Shown one piece after another: positions 27,629 to 37,716 of a DNA stretch of 64,000 nt. Under the pieces are notes generated by a model that was not told the DNA's origin, ran no database searches, and worked only from the letters and a program-made list of their open reading frames with translations. Positions within the stretch are counted from its first letter, which is position 1. Every line of letters begins with the position of its first letter. Location of the stretch: the IMG/VR virus record IMGVR_UViG_3300047160_004532, positions 3,416 through 67,415 of that record, one strand, 5' to 3'. Source of the DNA: a virus (Duplodnaviria > Caudoviricetes). The position numbers and the translations under genes were made by a program.

Positions 27629-27892
27629 ATGAGAATAGAACGTCCAACAATCGAAGAACTAGAGAAAATCTTGGCATCGGAAGACCAACAGGTTGAGTTT
27701 TTACCGAACGGCCAAGTCATTGCTATCACGAAGGAATTTCCCGATCCCACAGATGAATATCTCAGGGACCCGGTCTTTGACAAGATCTGGAACTGTATTA
27801 AGAGTTGGGATATCAACGTTCCAGGCGCCTACTCAGGTTACTGTGGTGCTATGGGTAATCACGTAAGAGCGATCATGGACGCCATCCGTTAA
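27629..27892 (+). CDS. Small moron protein
   Basis: GGAG RBS; DPVFDKIWNCIKSWDINVP..Y.GYCGA.GNHV. Confidence 0.7.
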   Translation: MRIERPTIEELEKILASEDQQVEFLPNGQVIAITKEFPDPTDEYLRDPVFDKIWNCIKSWDINVPGAYSGYCGAMGNHVRAIMDAIR

Positions 27893-27893
27893 G

Positions 27894-29162
27894 ATGGCGC
27901 AGCAATCCTTCAGCAACGTTCACGCGACTGGGCCGCCACTCATCACCAACAAGCCCGTGCCCTCGCGCGTGTCGTCTCCCGCCGCCATCCGTTCGGCCTT
28001 TTCGAATGAAAACTGGGCGATGTCGCTGGCGAAGGACATGGAGTCGCTATCCCGCAACGTCGATTCGCTTCATTCCGCCCTTACGCAGAACCAGAGCGTC
28101 AACAGCATTCTCGTAACGAACAATCAGGGCCAAGTCGTCGCCGCGATCGGCAACGTGGTCAACGGCGGGGAGTACTTCACAAACTGGTTCAGCGAGATCC
28201 ACGTCGGCGATCCGCTCCTCACCAAAGATCCCCGAAACGCCCTCTTCAACGCCAACCTAGACGGCAGCGTGACGATCGGTCAGCATGGCTGGCTGGACGT
28301 GCTGGACCCCTATTCCGGCATCGCCGCCTATCTAGGAACCCAGTTCGACTCGATCACGATCACGGACGCGGCGGACAACGGCTCCGGACTGATCCGCCTG
28401 ACGCTCGGAGCCGCCACGGACCTCGTGACCGGCAACACGGCCCAGGTTCGCGGTATGCAGAACGCCGGCGTACCGAACGCCACGGGAACATGGACGGTGA
28501 CGGTTGTCGATTCGACACACGTGGACCTTCAGGGATCGGTATTCGCCGGCATGTATGTCGCGCCGACGGTCCCCTTCGGAATCGATACCGTCTCGCCGAC
28601 GATTGACCGCGTTCTCCAGATTTCTGGCATTACGAGCCATTCCGGCCTGTTCGAAGTGCAGACCGCCGTCGCCCACACGTACGAGACTGGCGACCGAGTG
28701 AACATTTCCGGCGTCACCGGGATGCCAACCGTCAACACCCAGTGGACGGTGACCGTCATAGACTCGACCCACTTCACGCTCGACAACTCTACCTTTGCGG
28801 GCAGTTTCACGACGGGCGGTACGTCGCTCCGGTACTTCGCTGGAGGTCTGTTCCAGACCATCGCGGTCGGACCCTCGTTCCAGGATTACCTACTCCGGGC
28901 GTTCGCGGACGGATCGCTTCGGATCCGAGACGCCCAAATTAGCTTGACGTCGCCCTTCGGCACTATCGTAATTGATCCCGAGGGAGCCCCAGATGGTGCC
29001 GCGACGATCGTCATCACCAACAATTCGGGTGCCCATATCACCATCACCTCTGGCATTTCCTCGACCAATCCGAGCATAATCGGCTACGACAGCGGCGGCA
29101 TCGTCCGCTTCCAGCTTGGGATGCGGCCGATAACGAACGCTGGCTTCCTGGATCTGTTCTGA
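27894..29162 (+). CDS. Tail fibre/spike-like protein with two FCCH-like repeats
   Basis: ITDAADNGSGLIRLT...GTWTVTVVDSTHVDL and ...QWTVTVIDSTHFTL. Confidence 0.7.
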   Translation: MAQQSFSNVHATGPPLITNKPVPSRVSSPAAIRSAFSNENWAMSLAKDMESLSRNVDSLHSALTQNQSVNSILVTNNQGQVVAAIGNVVNGGEYFTNWFSEIHVGDPLLTKDPRNALFNANLDGSVTIGQHGWLDVLDPYSGIAAYLGTQFDSITITDAADNGSGLIRLTLGAATDLVTGNTAQVRGMQNAGVPNATGTWTVTVVDSTHVDLQGSVFAGMYVAPTVPFGIDTVSPTIDRVLQISGITSHSGLFEVQTAVAHTYETGDRVNISGVTGMPTVNTQWTVTVIDSTHFTLDNSTFAGSFTTGGTSLRYFAGGLFQTIAVGPSFQDYLLRAFADGSLRIRDAQISLTSPFGTIVIDPEGAPDGAATIVITNNSGAHITITSGISSTNPSIIGYDSGGIVRFQLGMRPITNAGFLDLF

Positions 29163-29174
29163 CATAATTGGGCC

Positions 29175-30794
29175 ATGGCGACTCCCTACAATCCGGCGAC
29201 GGTCAACTACCTGAACCAGAACTGGACGACGTCCGACCCTCGCAAGATCTCGGCGAACCAGCTCCAGACCAACGCCCAGGCGGCGCAGGCCGCGCAACAA
29301 AACGCCACGCAAGCCCAGGACTATCTGACGCCCATCGAACAACAGATGGCGTCCGGCCAGGGCGGCTACTCCCCGGATGAATTGTCGCAAATCCGGATGA
29401 CACCCGAGCAGCAGCAGCAGATGGTGACATCCGCCGGCATCTCCGCAGGGACGCAGACGGCCGCAGCGACCGACGCCGCGCAACGCGCCGCCAATGCCAG
29501 CGGCGGAAATCCTCTCGCTCTCGCGGCATATCGGGCGCGCGCCGCGCAGCAGGAGGGAGCGCAAGCCGGTGACGCAATGACCCAAGCTCGAGTCGCGGCA
29601 TCCAACGCGGCCGCGCAGCGCGCAGAGAACATCGGACAGACCCGCATCGGCCAACAGAACGTCGGCCTCGGGCTGCAGTCGCAGTATCAGCAGCAGCAGA
29701 ACCAGGACGTCCAGAACGCCCTCAACCGGCAGACGACGGGCGCGGGGCAGGGAATTCAGGCCTCCCAGACGCCCAGCACGTTCGACAAGATCATGGGCGG
29801 GATCGGCGGCTTCCTCGGCGCGCTGGACGAAGGGTACGCGGCAGATGGCGGCGGCGGGATGCGTGACGCCGTGGTCGCGGAAGGCGGTCCCGAGGCTGTC
29901 GTGCCGCTCCGCGCGAACTACATGCAGGACGGCGGATCGAGCACCGAAGGTTTGGGCCCATCGACGGCGCAGCAGGGGTACGAGGTCACCAAGGAATCGC
30001 CCGATCCGATCCTCGACCGGCTCCGCGAGATCAATCGGCCACCGTCTGCACGTTGGCCCGCGCAGGACGTAGGGGGTCAGTTTTCTTTCAGCAACCGAAC
30101 CGAGGATATACCGGGGCAATTTCTTCCGAGCAACGCCGCGACGATGACAACCAAGGAACATACCAAGTGGCAATCGGATCGGGACAAGATCCCCGGCTCC
30201 AAAGAGGCCGACAAGAAGGCCGTGGAAAAGACCAAGCGCTACCTACAGGACGGCGATGGAGCCTTTGACTTCGGCGGCGACTACAGCTCGGACGCTTCGG
30301 GAGGTACTGGTAGTACTGGCAGTACCGGGACTGCGGCCACCAGCACCCCGTGGTTTCAACGACTCAAGGCGGCGATCTCGCCGCAACCTCCGACCTCAAA
30401 TGCGCCAGGCGCGCCGGCGCACACGGCAGGCACGCCAAGTGACAACCCGCCCTCGATGCAGTCTGCTCGAACCCTTGGCGGCGGCATCGGCACGCTCGCA
30501 AAAATGTTCCTCGCAGAAGACGGCGGGAACTACCTCAGCGACGGATGGTCCGGGGAAGAGTCGGGAAAGTGGGGAGGCAGTAGTACCGGCGATATCGACT
30601 CGGTTTCTCGGTTCCTCGCGGACGGCGTGATGGGTGCGGCGGATGGCGCTATCTTCACGAAGCCGACGCAGGTCAAGATGGGCCCGAATGACGCGGCGGT
30701 GCCCCTCTCGTATCGGGCCCGCGCCAAAACGCGACCCTCGATGGCGATGCCGGTGGTGAACCAGATTCAGCAACGGAGGATGTATGGCGGGTAG
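29175..30794 (+). CDS. Ejection/pilot-like internal virion protein
   Basis: Gln/Ala-rich helical N-half, recurring ADGG and GPEAVVPL motifs. Confidence 0.65.
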   Translation: MATPYNPATVNYLNQNWTTSDPRKISANQLQTNAQAAQAAQQNATQAQDYLTPIEQQMASGQGGYSPDELSQIRMTPEQQQQMVTSAGISAGTQTAAATDAAQRAANASGGNPLALAAYRARAAQQEGAQAGDAMTQARVAASNAAAQRAENIGQTRIGQQNVGLGLQSQYQQQQNQDVQNALNRQTTGAGQGIQASQTPSTFDKIMGGIGGFLGALDEGYAADGGGGMRDAVVAEGGPEAVVPLRANYMQDGGSSTEGLGPSTAQQGYEVTKESPDPILDRLREINRPPSARWPAQDVGGQFSFSNRTEDIPGQFLPSNAATMTTKEHTKWQSDRDKIPGSKEADKKAVEKTKRYLQDGDGAFDFGGDYSSDASGGTGSTGSTGTAATSTPWFQRLKAAISPQPPTSNAPGAPAHTAGTPSDNPPSMQSARTLGGGIGTLAKMFLAEDGGNYLSDGWSGEESGKWGGSSTGDIDSVSRFLADGVMGAADGAIFTKPTQVKMGPNDAAVPLSYRARAKTRPSMAMPVVNQIQQRRMYGG

Positions 30795-31005
30795 CATCAA
30801 GATCTCAAGCCGCCGCGTCAAGGTCTGCATGGAGCTTACAGTTCCCACGTACCTTGACAGTCTGAGCGATATCGAAGTGGGACTGCTCTTTCAAGTACAG
30901 GCTGGACAGCAGACGGTATTTGGACCGGAACTTCGTGAAGCCGTAACGGTTATGAAAGCGAGGTATCTTGGCGATGCCCAACCCGATGCCCAAGTCTCCG
31001 TATAA
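30784..31005 (+). CDS. Small hypothetical protein
   Basis: GGAGG upstream; bridges two large ORFs. Confidence 0.45.
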   Translation: MAGSIKISSRRVKVCMELTVPTYLDSLSDIEVGLLFQVQAGQQTVFGPELREAVTVMKARYLGDAQPDAQVSV

Positions 31006-32455
31006 GTTTCCGGCGTACATCTACGGACCGCGGCACGGGCGCGCCTACCTGGATGTCGGTTCGCCCTACCTTGACCCGCAAGCAGCCTTCGGCAACAACA
31101 TTAACGAGTTGATGGACACGACAGCGGAGGGCCCGTCAGAACCACTCCAGATTGAGGATTATGCCGCGACGAACGCAGCACCTCGATCCTTTGAGGGACG
31201 CAAGTTCGGACTGGTGGATATGCCCGAGGCCCCCGTCGCGGACTGGCGGAAGGCTCTCCTGCCTGCCGAGACGACCAGCGCAACACCTACGGATGAAACC
31301 ACCCAGGCTGAACTTCCTACCGCGCTGGGATCGTCCTACGACACCCTTGAGGACCGTTGGCGTAAGTTTCCGAAGATGAAAGACCCCGCCAAGATTCCTT
31401 GGTGGCAGCGGGGATTGGCTGGCGCGGCGGGATTCGGCGCCGGATGGAGCAACGCGGCGTCCCGGACGCGGCGCCCGATCGATATTGCCGCAATGCAGGG
31501 GAATATCCTCCAGCCTGAATACGGCGAGAAGTTGGCCGCATGGCGAAGCAGTCTCGCGCCCGCGGAAGCCGAAGCCCAGATCGAAGGGATGCGCCAGCAG
31601 GCGGCGCTGAAGGCCGAACAGATTCGCGCCCAAGCCCAAGCTCGACTTGAGAATGCGGCTCGGTGGAAAGAGCGCAATATTCCGATTGATGATCCGGAGA
31701 TGGCGAACTTCTTCCATAAACCAGTCGGCACCCCGATCGACCGGGAAGTCTACCGCGCCTACATCCAGAAGAAGTTAGCCCAAACTCCACAAAAGGGCGC
31801 AGTGAAGCAGATGTCGCCAATGGAGGCCTCGGCCGCGCGGTCCCTCGGGCTTGATCCGGCCAACATGGACTCGTGGGACGCGACCGCAGCGCAGAACTTC
31901 TTCAATCTGGTTCGGAAGCAGACGCCAGCCGGAAAGACCAACGCGATTGACCTAGCGCTCGCATCGGTCGGGGTGCAGCCGGGACAAGTGCCCACACCAC
32001 AACAGGCCGCAGCGGCCCTACAGCGGTACAAGCCCCCGAAGGCGGCCCGCGACCCGAACGCACCGAAGCCGTTCACCCAAGCGCAGAAGGACTCCATCGG
32101 CAACGCCAAGGACACCGAACTCCGCCAGTTGATGAACAAGACCCAGGAAATACTCCGTAACCCAAGCGCCACGGACGAACAGAAGCAGCGCGCGATGGAG
32201 GACGAGGCCTATCAGGCAGATGCGATCCAGCGGCAGTACGAGACGCGAGTCGAGCAACACGTGGGCGAGGCGCAACCGCACTTCGACATGTATACATGGA
32301 TGAAGAACCACCGACAGCAGATTGAAGGGGGGCGGCAGCCGTCGCCAGCAATAACGGAACAGGAGGCGCGCAAGCGGGCCGCTGCGGGAGGCGCCACGCC
32401 AGCACAGATTGACGAACTAATCCGCAAGGGACGCGCTCAAGGCAAGATCAGGTAG
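30968..32455 (+). CDS. Ejection-like internal virion protein
   Basis: WWQRGLAGAAG amphipathic segment, Ala/Gln-rich helices; start may be ATG 30974 or 30986. Confidence 0.65.
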   Translation: MAMPNPMPKSPYKFPAYIYGPRHGRAYLDVGSPYLDPQAAFGNNINELMDTTAEGPSEPLQIEDYAATNAAPRSFEGRKFGLVDMPEAPVADWRKALLPAETTSATPTDETTQAELPTALGSSYDTLEDRWRKFPKMKDPAKIPWWQRGLAGAAGFGAGWSNAASRTRRPIDIAAMQGNILQPEYGEKLAAWRSSLAPAEAEAQIEGMRQQAALKAEQIRAQAQARLENAARWKERNIPIDDPEMANFFHKPVGTPIDREVYRAYIQKKLAQTPQKGAVKQMSPMEASAARSLGLDPANMDSWDATAAQNFFNLVRKQTPAGKTNAIDLALASVGVQPGQVPTPQQAAAALQRYKPPKAARDPNAPKPFTQAQKDSIGNAKDTELRQLMNKTQEILRNPSATDEQKQRAMEDEAYQADAIQRQYETRVEQHVGEAQPHFDMYTWMKNHRQQIEGGRQPSPAITEQEARKRAAAGGATPAQIDELIRKGRAQGKIR

Positions 32456-32459
32456 TCCC

Positions 32460-35400
32460 ATGGGATCGACCAACGGGTTCGACGTTGACAAGTTCCTGAA
32501 CTCAATAGGAAACCAATCACAGCCGCAGCAACCGCAAGCCCAGCCAGCAAGCGGGGGATTCGATGTCGACAGGTTCTTGGACTCGATAGGAAACACGTCG
32601 CCTTCCCCGCAGCCACAAGCTTCCGCGCCGGTACCACCGCCCGACCGCTACCCCGGACTTCCCAAGGCCGTGGCGAGTCCCTCCCTCGACGAGATGCCGT
32701 GGTATCAGCGCTACCCAGAGGAGTTGCGTCGACTCCTCATGGGCGAGCCCGGGCAGGACACGGCGATCGCGCACGCCCTCGGACAAGAGCAAGTCAAACC
32801 ACAATTCCAACCGCAACCATATGAGCGCCCCATTATCAGCTTTGAGGGGAGTCCGACACTCACCCGTGCGGCATTGACCTCGGTAGCTCCGACCTACGCT
32901 TGGTCCCCCGATCCCGATCTCGCGCGCGGAGTCGGCAAGGCCATGACCGGCATGACGACCGGACCCAACGTAGGGCTCCTTGTCGGGACAGCAGGACTCT
33001 CGGAACTACCGGTCCTCGGTCAGGCCGCGAATGCCTACTTCACCGAAGAGATGCTGCGGCAGGCCGCGCAGCAGGCCCCGCAGGTCAAGGAAGCGATGGA
33101 TCGCGGCGACTACGCGACGGCTAAGGAGCTGGCAACCGAGATGGGATTCAACCTCGCCATGGGAGGCGCGGGAGCGGTCCACGCGGTCAAAGGCGCGGCG
33201 AGGATCCCAGGTCAAATCCGGGAACTCGCCACGCGCGAGGCGCAAGCGAGAGGAGAATTCCGTCCGACGACTGGGCAACCGGCGCCGCCGCCGGCAGAAC
33301 CGGGTCCGACAACCGGCGTTCCGCCGCCGCAACCCGAGGCCGTCGAGCCGACGAAGACATCCCGCCCGGGTCCGAGGACGCCGGTTCCTCCGACTGCCGC
33401 CGCAGCTACGGTCCCCGAGGCACCCCAAACGCTGGACATCCAGTTCTCGCAACTCAACCAAGGACTACGGAAGGCCGTCATGGTCCCGAAGGAGAATGCC
33501 AGCTATCGGCCACCATCGCTTGAGCCTGGCATCTCCCGAAAAGCTGACCCTTACGGAAACATCTTCTACTACGACACTCAGCAGGGGGTTACGGCAGGCC
33601 AGGTTCTCGCCGCATCGAAGAATAACACTCTCCCCGAGCTTCTCGGCGGTCCGGGAGGCATGGGCGCGCCCGACAAGTCCGTGCTGCCGCCGAACGCGCC
33701 TGTCGTCACGGCCAAGGCAGCAGACGGGACCGAGGTTCAGTCGACGGCGACAACGCCAGAACGGGTAGGCGAAACGGCAACCGCCACGCAACCGCTGGTT
33801 CCAGAAGGGGGAGCGCTCGAAGTCAAGGCGCCGCAGGAAGCCATCCGGGACCGGCTGGCAGCTCCGGGAGAATCTGTGCCGGCCCCGAACATTTCGACGA
33901 TTGAGCCCACTGTACCACCAAAACCGGGTCAAGAGCTATTCCGTGGTGCGTGGGAGGTGCCTCTCAACGAGAAGGGTGTCGCCGAGGCGCAGGACGCCGC
34001 CCAGCGAACCGCCGGCATGTGGGATGAGATACACGCTAGCCCGATGGGGCGAGCGCAGGAAACGGCTGGAATCGTCGCAGGGACGAACCCGCAGGCGGTC
34101 ATCCACCCGCCGAATCCGGCATTAGCGCCGTGGACTCTAGGCGAGCACGAGGGGAATGCCGTCACGCCCGAGCGGATCGCCGACCTGAACGACCACATCG
34201 TAAACCGTCCAGACGAACCGCTGGGCGGTGTGGGCCAACATTCCGGCAGGCCGGGCGAGAGCTTTAACGACTTCTTCCATCCACTCATCCGCCAACTGCT
34301 GGACGAGGTGCGCGGGTATCAAGAGGGGCAACGGATTCTCAACGTCACCCACTACCGGGACATTCGGGCGATCCAGGCCGCGCTCCGCGCCGAGCATGGT
34401 GAACCCTTTGACGCCGATTTCATGACGGCGAAGGGCGACGAGAAGCCGGGGGATCTCTTCTACTTCGATACGCACACCGGGGATCTAGTCCCGGCTACGG
34501 ACGCTTCGAAGCCAGGAATTTACTTCCTTCGCCACGGCGAGACGATGGCAAATGAGGGGGCGGGAAGTCAAGGGGTAAATCGGGGGCAAATCGGTGGTAA
34601 ATCGGGGGGGATTGGTCCTCCATCGCCCGAAACTCTCGGCGCTCCCGCGCCACTCGGTGGGGAGATTCCCGCGAATATTCGCCCGGAGACGGTGCCTGCT
34701 TCGCGACAACTCGCCGCGCCCGCGCCCTTGGGCGAAACGACCGGGACACCCCCGCCGCCGCGACCGGACGCCTTCAGCCAGTTTCTGACGTCCGAGGAGG
34801 GGTCGTTCAACCCGCAATTCGTCAAGGACGCCCTCGCCGAACCGATCGCCCTCAAGACCAAGCGCGATCAGATGATGAACTTCCTGAAGGCGCGCGAAGG
34901 GACGCCCAGCCAGAAGAAAATGGGCCAGCGCGCGATTGAGTACCTCGTCGGCCAGCGAGACTGGTTCCTCACCAAGTCGATGCAAATTCTCGACATGGCA
35001 AAGAAATTCGTTCCGGACGAGAATGAGCGGAAAGCGCTCGCCCTGATGCGCGACTTCCAGAATCGCCCGGGCGAACTGAAGCAATGGCGCGACCTGACCC
35101 ACCCGAACCTGTACCACGTAGGACGCGGACAGGCGGGACCGGCGAACCTAGACGCCGTCAAGCGAATCGAAGCGCTACGGCCCGTCATCGATCTCGCCTT
35201 GAATCCAACGCCAGGGATGCAGCGTGCCAACATTGTCCTCGACAGCTTCTCTAATCTGACCCTCGCTGTCGGCAAGAAGCTCGGCTGGTTGGACTCGCGC
35301 CTGACCCCCGAGGAGTACGTTCCCCACATTCTTGACTCGAGGGAAGACGTCTTGGAGAATCCGTATACCCAGGAACGGGCGACCGGATCGGCCGTCGCCG

Positions 35401-37262
35401 GCAAGATTAGCCGCAGTTTCGCCCACGGGAAGGAACGTAAAGCCTACGATACCCTGCTCGACGCCATCGCGGACGGTGCCAGGCCGAAGACCCTCGACGC
35501 GATTGACGCCTTCAGCGTCTACGCGGATAAGTTCTCAACGAAGCGTGCCACGGAGATGTGGAAGGACACCATGCTCCAGAACGGTTTCGCGAAGTGGGGG
35601 GGTATGGACAGGCCGGTGGAGGGATGGGAAGTCTTCGCGCCGCAGGGCAACCTGTTCAAGATTCCGTACGCACGGCTGAACAAAAAGGGCGAACCAGTGC
35701 CGGGACTTCAGCAACTCTGGGGGCCAAAATTCATGGTCGATGCCATGAAGCCGGTCACGGACCCGAACTACATGCTCAGGATGCCGTGGCTCCAGAAAAC
35801 CTATCTCTGGCAGCAGTACGTCAAGTCGATCAATCTCGCGTGGTCCTTCTTCCACCCGAAGGCACTCGAACTTATGGCGGCGTCGAACATGGGTCCGGAG
35901 GGGACCTACCGTGCCCATATGCTCGATCTCGACTCCAAGGACGCCAAAGATCTCGAGCAGGATGGCGCAATGCACGGGCTCACGACCGCAATTCAGGGTA
36001 AGGTGATCGATGCCTACCGCCGCCTCGCGCCCGGATCAATCCCGCACTGGGGCGAAATCATCACGAGCGCACCGGGCCTGAAGCAAATGAACAAAGTTGC
36101 CGAGGCCACGACGGAACTGACCTTCGGCGTCATGCAGAGGAAGTTCAAGATCTGGGATTACGGCCGCCAGACGGCGAAGTGGATCGCGGATCATCCGAAC
36201 GCCACGCCGCAGGAGCTTTCTGACGCCAAGACCTCGATCGCGCGCCAAGTGAATGCCGTCTACGGAGGCCTGAACTGGGAAACCCTCGGCTGGAGTCGCC
36301 AAGCTCTCACTCTCGCTCGCCTTGGATTGCTCGCGCCGGACTGGACGTTCTCGAACTTCATGAACGTGGGGCAGGCATTCGAGGGCGGCTGGAAGGGTGC
36401 CACGCACCAAGCCGCCAAGGCGGTCGGCATTAATGCCCCGAAGTCATGGGAGTCAAGCCCTGCCGGAAACTCCGCGCGCTTATTCTGGATCCGAACCATG
36501 CTGGGCGGTATCGCAGCGACCCAACTGATGAGTGTTGCCCTCACCGGAAAGCCCTCAAAACGGCCCACGCAGGTCTACCTTGGCACCGACCCGGAGGGGA
36601 AAGAAGTCTATCAGAACTGGTTCTTCGCGGGCGCGCCAGGCGACCTCGTCAACATGATGAGCAAGATGAAGGAAGGCGGCGGGTTCCATGGTCCGGCAAT
36701 GTGGCTCGCCAACAAGCTCACGCCGATCACGAGGGCCGCTCTGCAGCAGTACACCGGCAAAACATACGTCGGCAAAGACATCGCCTCCAAGGATATGGAC
36801 TTCCTGCCGAAGACTGTCCGGCAGGGGGCCTATGCTCTACGCGAAATCTCGCCGATCCCCTTCTCGGCCTCTAGCGCCTACGACATGCTCACCAGCGGCG
36901 GTCCGGAGCGCAAACCCGTCGAGTATATTTCTACCCTCCTTGGCGGGCAGCCAGCCTCTCACGTTGTGCCCGAGGGCATGAAGATGACCTCCAAGGGCTT
37001 GCGTCCCGAGAAGCCAAAGACCAAAATCAGCCAATTCCAGCAAATGTGGAGCGGTCGGGTATACGTCCCTGAAGCAAAGAGCTTGGAGCGAATGGACCTC
37101 ACGAACGCCTTACGCGCATACGATTCGGTTTCAGATGCGGACCGGGAGAAACTCAAGGCCATCATGCGCGGGAAGGTCTACCGTGCGCGCTCCCAGCCGA
37201 GCCAGTGGACCCCGGACGCCAAGAGTCTCGCAATGAAGCATTTCAATGTAGGTCCGTACTGA
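32460..37262 (+). CDS. Large ejection-type protein (1600 aa) with embedded permuted histidine phosphatase domain
   Basis: Duplicated GFDVD.FL.SIGN N-terminus; PLNEKG, SPMGRAQETA, GES, VTH and RHGET motifs at 33930-34556. Confidence 0.75.
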   Translation: MGSTNGFDVDKFLNSIGNQSQPQQPQAQPASGGFDVDRFLDSIGNTSPSPQPQASAPVPPPDRYPGLPKAVASPSLDEMPWYQRYPEELRRLLMGEPGQDTAIAHALGQEQVKPQFQPQPYERPIISFEGSPTLTRAALTSVAPTYAWSPDPDLARGVGKAMTGMTTGPNVGLLVGTAGLSELPVLGQAANAYFTEEMLRQAAQQAPQVKEAMDRGDYATAKELATEMGFNLAMGGAGAVHAVKGAARIPGQIRELATREAQARGEFRPTTGQPAPPPAEPGPTTGVPPPQPEAVEPTKTSRPGPRTPVPPTAAAATVPEAPQTLDIQFSQLNQGLRKAVMVPKENASYRPPSLEPGISRKADPYGNIFYYDTQQGVTAGQVLAASKNNTLPELLGGPGGMGAPDKSVLPPNAPVVTAKAADGTEVQSTATTPERVGETATATQPLVPEGGALEVKAPQEAIRDRLAAPGESVPAPNISTIEPTVPPKPGQELFRGAWEVPLNEKGVAEAQDAAQRTAGMWDEIHASPMGRAQETAGIVAGTNPQAVIHPPNPALAPWTLGEHEGNAVTPERIADLNDHIVNRPDEPLGGVGQHSGRPGESFNDFFHPLIRQLLDEVRGYQEGQRILNVTHYRDIRAIQAALRAEHGEPFDADFMTAKGDEKPGDLFYFDTHTGDLVPATDASKPGIYFLRHGETMANEGAGSQGVNRGQIGGKSGGIGPPSPETLGAPAPLGGEIPANIRPETVPASRQLAAPAPLGETTGTPPPPRPDAFSQFLTSEEGSFNPQFVKDALAEPIALKTKRDQMMNFLKAREGTPSQKKMGQRAIEYLVGQRDWFLTKSMQILDMAKKFVPDENERKALALMRDFQNRPGELKQWRDLTHPNLYHVGRGQAGPANLDAVKRIEALRPVIDLALNPTPGMQRANIVLDSFSNLTLAVGKKLGWLDSRLTPEEYVPHILDSREDVLENPYTQERATGSAVAGKISRSFAHGKERKAYDTLLDAIADGARPKTLDAIDAFSVYADKFSTKRATEMWKDTMLQNGFAKWGGMDRPVEGWEVFAPQGNLFKIPYARLNKKGEPVPGLQQLWGPKFMVDAMKPVTDPNYMLRMPWLQKTYLWQQYVKSINLAWSFFHPKALELMAASNMGPEGTYRAHMLDLDSKDAKDLEQDGAMHGLTTAIQGKVIDAYRRLAPGSIPHWGEIITSAPGLKQMNKVAEATTELTFGVMQRKFKIWDYGRQTAKWIADHPNATPQELSDAKTSIARQVNAVYGGLNWETLGWSRQALTLARLGLLAPDWTFSNFMNVGQAFEGGWKGATHQAAKAVGINAPKSWESSPAGNSARLFWIRTMLGGIAATQLMSVALTGKPSKRPTQVYLGTDPEGKEVYQNWFFAGAPGDLVNMMSKMKEGGGFHGPAMWLANKLTPITRAALQQYTGKTYVGKDIASKDMDFLPKTVRQGAYALREISPIPFSASSAYDMLTSGGPERKPVEYISTLLGGQPASHVVPEGMKMTSKGLRPEKPKTKISQFQQMWSGRVYVPEAKSLERMDLTNALRAYDSVSDADREKLKAIMRGKVYRARSQPSQWTPDAKSLAMKHFNVGPY

Positions 37263-37288
37263 TCTTCACTCGCGATACAATCAGGCAC

Positions 37289-37708
37289 ATGAGACGCAAG
37301 TTGACCGCCGCAGCGTTCGCGCTCCTGCTTCTGTCCTCGCAACTGTTCGGGGCCTTCACTGTCATCAACCGCACGTCGAAGTGGTGCCCGCAGTGCGGGT
37401 CGAGCTACTCGTATGGGGGTCCGTTCGAGGTCTATTGGCAGCCGGTTCCGATGGTCCTGACGAGTCTGGCAAACAACAATAACGACATCCGGTTGATCGC
37501 CATCACCCTCTATAACTCGAACGTCGCCAGCGTGACGATCACCTTCCAGACGAAGGACTCGTCACCTTACCCGTTGCCCCTGAGCGGTCCGATAGCGTCG
37601 GGAACTAGCGTTTCGTTCAACATGCCAGCCGGGCTGCTTTGTCACAATGGAGCGAGCATTCAGGCGAGCGATGCTGGGGTTTACTTCTCAGGTCAATGGA
37701 CAAATTAG
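37289..37708 (+). CDS. Signal-peptide protein, beta-sandwich-like
   Basis: MRRKLTAAAFALLLLSSQLFG-A; TACAAT 7 nt before ATG. Confidence 0.75.
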   Translation: MRRKLTAAAFALLLLSSQLFGAFTVINRTSKWCPQCGSSYSYGGPFEVYWQPVPMVLTSLANNNNDIRLIAITLYNSNVASVTITFQTKDSSPYPLPLSGPIASGTSVSFNMPAGLLCHNGASIQASDAGVYFSGQWTN

Positions 37709-37716
37709 TGCCTCTT

